Below are positions 60,188 to 64,000 of a DNA stretch of 64,000 nt, in pieces. The position numbers and the translations under genes are program-made. The notes beneath the pieces were generated by a model. That model ran no database searches and was not told where the DNA came from. It saw only the letters and a list, made by a program, of their open reading frames with translations. This DNA comes from an uncultured delta proteobacterium (GTDB taxonomy: Bacteria > Desulfobacterota > Desulfomonilia > Desulfomonilales > Desulfomonilaceae), in NCBI GenBank assembly GCA_963789265.1, contig CAWBKB010000003.1:704001-768000 (forward strand), written 5' to 3'. Position 1 is the first letter of the stretch. Every line of letters begins with the position of its first letter.

Positions 60188-60616
60188 ATGAAAATTCTCG
60201 TATTGCATGGTCCCAACCTCAACCTTCTCGGCGTTAGAGAGCCCGATGTCTACGGGCATCTCAGTCTGAGCGAGATAGATAAAGAACTGGCCACCCGTGC
60301 GAAACGCCTTGGGGCGGAACTTCGCACCTTGCAATCCAATCATGAGGGAGTGTTGATTGACGCCATTCACGAGGCCCTTGGGTGGGCAGACGGAATCCTG
60401 ATCAATCCCGGTGCCTTTACCCATACAAGTCTGGCCCTGCGCGACGCTGTTGCGGCAACCGCCATACCAGCCGTGGAGGTTCACTTATCCAACATTTACG
60501 CTCGGGAGGAGTTTCGTCACAAGTCGGTGATCGCGGGGGCCTGCTTGGGTCAGATTTCGGGGTTTGGAGCCAATTCTTACTATCTGGGGCTCGAAGCGTT
60601 AGTAGGACCCACGTAA
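60188..60616 (+). CDS. aroQ: type II 3-dehydroquinate dehydratase
   Basis: [45 protein letters not shown]. Confidence 0.96.
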   Translation: MKILVLHGPNLNLLGVREPDVYGHLSLSEIDKELATRAKRLGAELRTLQSNHEGVLIDAIHEALGWADGILINPGAFTHTSLALRDAVAATAIPAVEVHLSNIYAREEFRHKSVIAGACLGQISGFGANSYYLGLEALVGPT

Positions 60617-60718
60617 ACGATCTAAGGCCTGACACCATTCGCTTTCAATAGGTAAGAATCGGTGACTAGCAAACAGCACTGACCTGGCACTATGACGGCG
60701 CTTCCCGCGAGACACGGG

Positions 60719-60798
60719 ATGGCACCCAATTTCCATTCGTGAGATCTTGGGTGCCACGGATCTGGGTTTCGTCAGATCCGTGAAGTTTTGGGTGCCAT
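60719..60798. repeat. REP-like palindromic unit (TGGCACCC/GGGTGCCA)
   Basis: Nested inverted repeats, preceded by CCCGCGAGACACGGG mini-palindrome. Confidence 0.55.
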
Positions 60799-60919
60799 CT
60801 CGCCTTACAGGCCTGAGAGACGCAAAACGAAACCGGGAAAAGGCTTGATCCCACGATCGTCAAGAACTCAATGCAAATCCCCTCCTGGTGCTGCGGTCAC
60901 GCACGTGGGGAAAAAAAAG

Positions 60920-60948
60920 TTGACAACAGCCGAGTAGTCTTTTATTCT
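60920..60948 (+). promoter_or_regulatory. sigma70-like trp promoter
   Basis: TTGACA-N17-TATTCT. Confidence 0.7.
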
Positions 60949-60971
60949 GGCTGACGGCAGGTAACAACTCC

Positions 60972-61037
60972 ATGATATCCATAAGCAACCGAAACTGGTG
61001 GTGGTGCTGGAAAATCAAACACGGGAGGTCTGCCTGA
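60972..61037 (+). CDS. trpL: trp operon leader peptide MISISNRNWWWCWKIKHGRSA
   Basis: Four TGG codons; GTCTGCC (61028-34) complementary to GGCAGAC (61097-103) in the terminator. Confidence 0.88.
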   Translation: MISISNRNWWWCWKIKHGRSA

Positions 61038-61087
61038 GCCGCGATACAAAGTCATAAAGTGTAAAATAGGCATCTAAAACGGAAATA

Positions 61088-61118
61088 AAGGCCATGGGCA
61101 GACACCCCATGGCCTTTT
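61088..61118 (+). terminator. trp attenuator terminator
   Basis: AAGGCCATGGG-CAGACAC-CCCATGGCCTTTT. Confidence 0.8.
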
Positions 61119-61203
61119 CGCGTTCTGGACTTAGGAGCTTGACGATGGGCAGCGACGACATGTCCTGCCACACCCTCATATTTGACCTGAAAGGCTGTGC
61201 ATC

Positions 61204-62691
61204 ATGATCAAACCTAACTATGAAGACTTTAAAGGCCTTTGTCGACAAGGGAACCTTATCCCCATAGCCACCGAGATTCCGGGAGATCTCGACACTCCGC
61301 TTTCAGCCTTGCTGAAAATTGATGATGTGCAAAGCTCCTTTCTCCTGGAGAGCGTTGAAGGGGGCGAGCGATGGGCCAGGTATTCCTTTCTAGGATCAAA
61401 TCCCAGAGCGATCATTCGAGCGAGAGGGGGATCGGGGGAGATCCTATACGGCGACAGCGTTCAATCCGTCAGCCAGGTGTCGGACCCTACCTGTCTGGTG
61501 AAACAAGTCATGGAAAAGTTCCATACAGTGCGTCTCCCCGGACTTCCGGAATTTTTTGGGGGAGCGGTAGGCTTCCTATCTTATGATGTCGTGCGGGGAT
61601 TTGAGCGGCTCCCCGATCTGGGTAAGCCCGGCCCGGGATTCCACGACGCATGGTTTATGGTGACCCGCGATCTCGTCGTCTTCGACAACCTTTTGCACAA
61701 GATCCTTTTGATAACCACTGTGTCGCTCGACGAGGCCCGGTCTGTGAAAAGCGCTTATAGCCAAGGCTGCGCCCGACTGGAAAACCTCCAGGAGTTGCTT
61801 CGTACTCCCTGCACCTACGCCACAGCCGCTAAGACACAGCCGGATTGTCCTGCCTTCTCATCGAACATGTCTCGGAATGACTTTGAACAAATGGTCCGAC
61901 AGGCTAAGAAACACATCAAGGCCGGCGATATCATACAGGTAGTGCTTTCTCAGAGATTCCAGGGAGAAGGCCTGGCTGACCCCCTGAGCGTCTACCGCGG
62001 GCTCAGGATGATCAACCCGTCTCCATACATGTTTTTCCTGCGCATGGGGGACGAAGTGCTCGCGGGAGCATCCCCGGAGGTGATGGTACGGCTCAGAAAC
62101 GGTGAGGCCGTTCTGAGACCCATCGCGGGAACTCGTCCCCGCGGGACCACATCCTCTCAGGACGCGGACCTGGAGCGCGAACTCCTCGCAGACCCCAAAG
62201 AATCAGCAGAGCATGTGATGCTGGTGGACCTGGCTCGTAACGACCTCGGTCGTATCGCTGAGCCCGGAAGCGTGAATGTGGACGCGTTCAAGACTGTGGA
62301 GCGCTATTCTCACGTCATGCACCTGGTGAGCAACGTTCGAGCTAAACCCGCAAACGGTCGCGATTCCTTCGAAGTGCTCAGAGCCACTTTCCCTGCCGGG
62401 ACACTCTCGGGCGCCCCAAAAATTCGAGCGATGGAGATCATCGAAGACCTGGAACCCCAACGGCGCGGGCCGTATGGAGGCTGCGTCGGGTATTTCTCTT
62501 ACACGGGAGCAATGGACATGGCGATCACTATACGTACGGTCATGATGAAAGGATCTCAAACATTCTTTCAGGCAGGGGCGGGCATCGTCGCAGATTCCGT
62601 CCCGGAGCTGGAATACGAAGAAACCATGAACAAAGCCCAGGCCATGAGAACTGCTCTGGGTATGGCTCATAACTTGGAAAGGGGGTTCTAA
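61204..62691 (+). CDS. trpE: anthranilate synthase component I
   Basis: [60 protein letters not shown]. Confidence 0.96.
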   Translation: MIKPNYEDFKGLCRQGNLIPIATEIPGDLDTPLSALLKIDDVQSSFLLESVEGGERWARYSFLGSNPRAIIRARGGSGEILYGDSVQSVSQVSDPTCLVKQVMEKFHTVRLPGLPEFFGGAVGFLSYDVVRGFERLPDLGKPGPGFHDAWFMVTRDLVVFDNLLHKILLITTVSLDEARSVKSAYSQGCARLENLQELLRTPCTYATAAKTQPDCPAFSSNMSRNDFEQMVRQAKKHIKAGDIIQVVLSQRFQGEGLADPLSVYRGLRMINPSPYMFFLRMGDEVLAGASPEVMVRLRNGEAVLRPIAGTRPRGTTSSQDADLERELLADPKESAEHVMLVDLARNDLGRIAEPGSVNVDAFKTVERYSHVMHLVSNVRAKPANGRDSFEVLRATFPAGTLSGAPKIRAMEIIEDLEPQRRGPYGGCVGYFSYTGAMDMAITIRTVMMKGSQTFFQAGAGIVADSVPELEYEETMNKAQAMRTALGMAHNLERGF

Positions 62692-63353
62692 TGCTACTTG
62701 TCATCGACAATTATGATTCGTTCACCTACAACCTGGTCCAGTATTTTCAAGAGCTTGGCCAAAGAGTGCTCGTTCGGCGGAACGATCAAATCACGCTCGA
62801 TGAGGTTGTGGACCTCAAGCCGCAAGCTGTGGTCATTTCTCCCGGTCCCGGAGGCCCACAGGACGCGGGCATATCAATGCGACTGATCACCGATCTGGGC
62901 AGCACGGTGCCCATCCTCGGCGTTTGCTTGGGGCATCAGGCCATTGGAGCGGCTTTTGGAGCGCAGGTTGTTTCGGCCGATCGACTGATGCATGGCAAAA
63001 CTTCCCCGATATTTTCTAATGACAGCCAGCTTTTTTCGGGGATGAGCAACCCCTTTGAGGCCTGCCGTTACCACAGTTTGATTGTGGACAGAGAAACCTT
63101 GCCCGACTGTTTACAAATTACCGCCTGGACCGACCGGCACGAGATTATGGGAATTCGCCACAAACATCATCCAATTGAGGGCGTTCAATTCCATCCCGAA
63201 TCGATTCTCACGCTGGAAGGAAAACGTATACTCCAGAATTTTATCAATATGACGGACAAATTCTACATGGGCGAGGGAGCCGGGTTAGAACCTGCCTGTC
63301 AAAACTCGGCGAAAAGGATTTTCTCTTCCGGTCGCACAGTCATAAACGGTTGA
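62691..63353 (+). CDS. trpG: anthranilate synthase component II (glutamine amidotransferase)
   Basis: [35 protein letters not shown]. Confidence 0.95.
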   Translation: MLLVIDNYDSFTYNLVQYFQELGQRVLVRRNDQITLDEVVDLKPQAVVISPGPGGPQDAGISMRLITDLGSTVPILGVCLGHQAIGAAFGAQVVSADRLMHGKTSPIFSNDSQLFSGMSNPFEACRYHSLIVDRETLPDCLQITAWTDRHEIMGIRHKHHPIEGVQFHPESILTLEGKRILQNFINMTDKFYMGEGAGLEPACQNSAKRIFSSGRTVING

Positions 63354-63392
63354 AATGACCGCGGTTAAGCGGTCCCCAACAGGAGGCGCAAA

Positions 63393-64000
63393 ATGCTCAA
63401 ACAAGCCATCAAGAAGACAACGGACGGGAAGGATTTGAGCCAACTAGAAATGGAAGCGGCAATGGATGAGATCATGACCGGAAATGCCACTCCAGCTCAG
63501 ATAGGCTCTTTACTCACTGCTCTGAAAATGAAAGGGGAAACCGTCGCGGAAATCACCGGGGCGGCAACCGTAATGAGACGAAAGGCGGTCCCGCTGCCGG
63601 TCCAGAATGACGGCACTCCGCTGATCGACACTTGTGGAACCGGTGGAGATGGAGCCGGGACCTTCAATATATCCACCACCGTGGCATTTATCCTTGCGGG
63701 CGCAGGGTTGAGAGTGGCCAAACATGGCAATCGTTCCGTTTCCAGTTCGTGCGGAAGCGCGGATGTTCTGCGGGAACTCGGCGCAGACTTGGATCAGGCA
63801 CCGGAAAGCGTGGGGAAATGCATTAACAGCACCGGTTTTGGATTCCTTTTCGCGCCCATGTTTCACCGCGCTATGAAACATGCCGCTGGCCCTCGCCAGG
63901 AACTGGGGATTCGGACTTTGTTCAACATCCTCGGGCCTCTCACAAATCCCGCGGGTGCTGCCTATCAACTCCTGGGCGTATATCATCCTGACCTCACCGA
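63393..64000 (+). CDS. trpD: anthranilate phosphoribosyltransferase (partial, runs off the window)
   Basis: AGGAGG RBS, ATG 63393; [50 protein letters not shown]. Confidence 0.95.
   Translation, partial: MLKQAIKKTTDGKDLSQLEMEAAMDEIMTGNATPAQIGSLLTALKMKGETVAEITGAATVMRRKAVPLPVQNDGTPLIDTCGTGGDGAGTFNISTTVAFILAGAGLRVAKHGNRSVSSSCGSADVLRELGADLDQAPESVGKCINSTGFGFLFAPMFHRAMKHAAGPRQELGIRTLFNILGPLTNPAGAAYQLLGVYHPDLT

Noticed and set aside
2413..60798. Recurrent palindromes as a CRISPR array
   Set aside because: Dispersed, not tandem with regular spacers; no cas genes.

Overview
Bacterial chromosomal window; gene content (HdrL/MvhD selenoproteins, beta-barrel paralogue families) suggests an anaerobic Desulfobacterota such as a Desulfomonile-like organism (inference). 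Two large blocks dominate. (1) A ~17 kb minus-strand heterodisulfide-reductase cluster: hdrL-hdrC-hdrB-hdrL-mvhD-hdrD-like-hdrA'-hdrA''-mvhD-fdhB/flxC-like. Three of its genes are split in the ORF track by in-frame TGA codons that read as selenocysteine, each followed by a SECIS-like hairpin. (2) A ~13 kb aromatic amino-acid cluster (aroF-tyrA-aroA-aroE-aroC-aroKB on minus; pheA, aroQ, trpE-trpG-trpD on plus) with two unannotated attenuator leader peptides, one carrying a run of all three aromatic residues (YFWWYYF). Also present: lipA, leuB, rnj, hrcA, manC, lutB, a rubredoxin-GAF-nucleotide cyclase, a reverse-transcriptase remnant, two candidate sRNAs, and many nested MITE/REP elements. Eight genes each carry a single +1 frameshift, most simply explained by sequencing/consensus error. 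No rRNA, tRNA or CRISPR array was seen.
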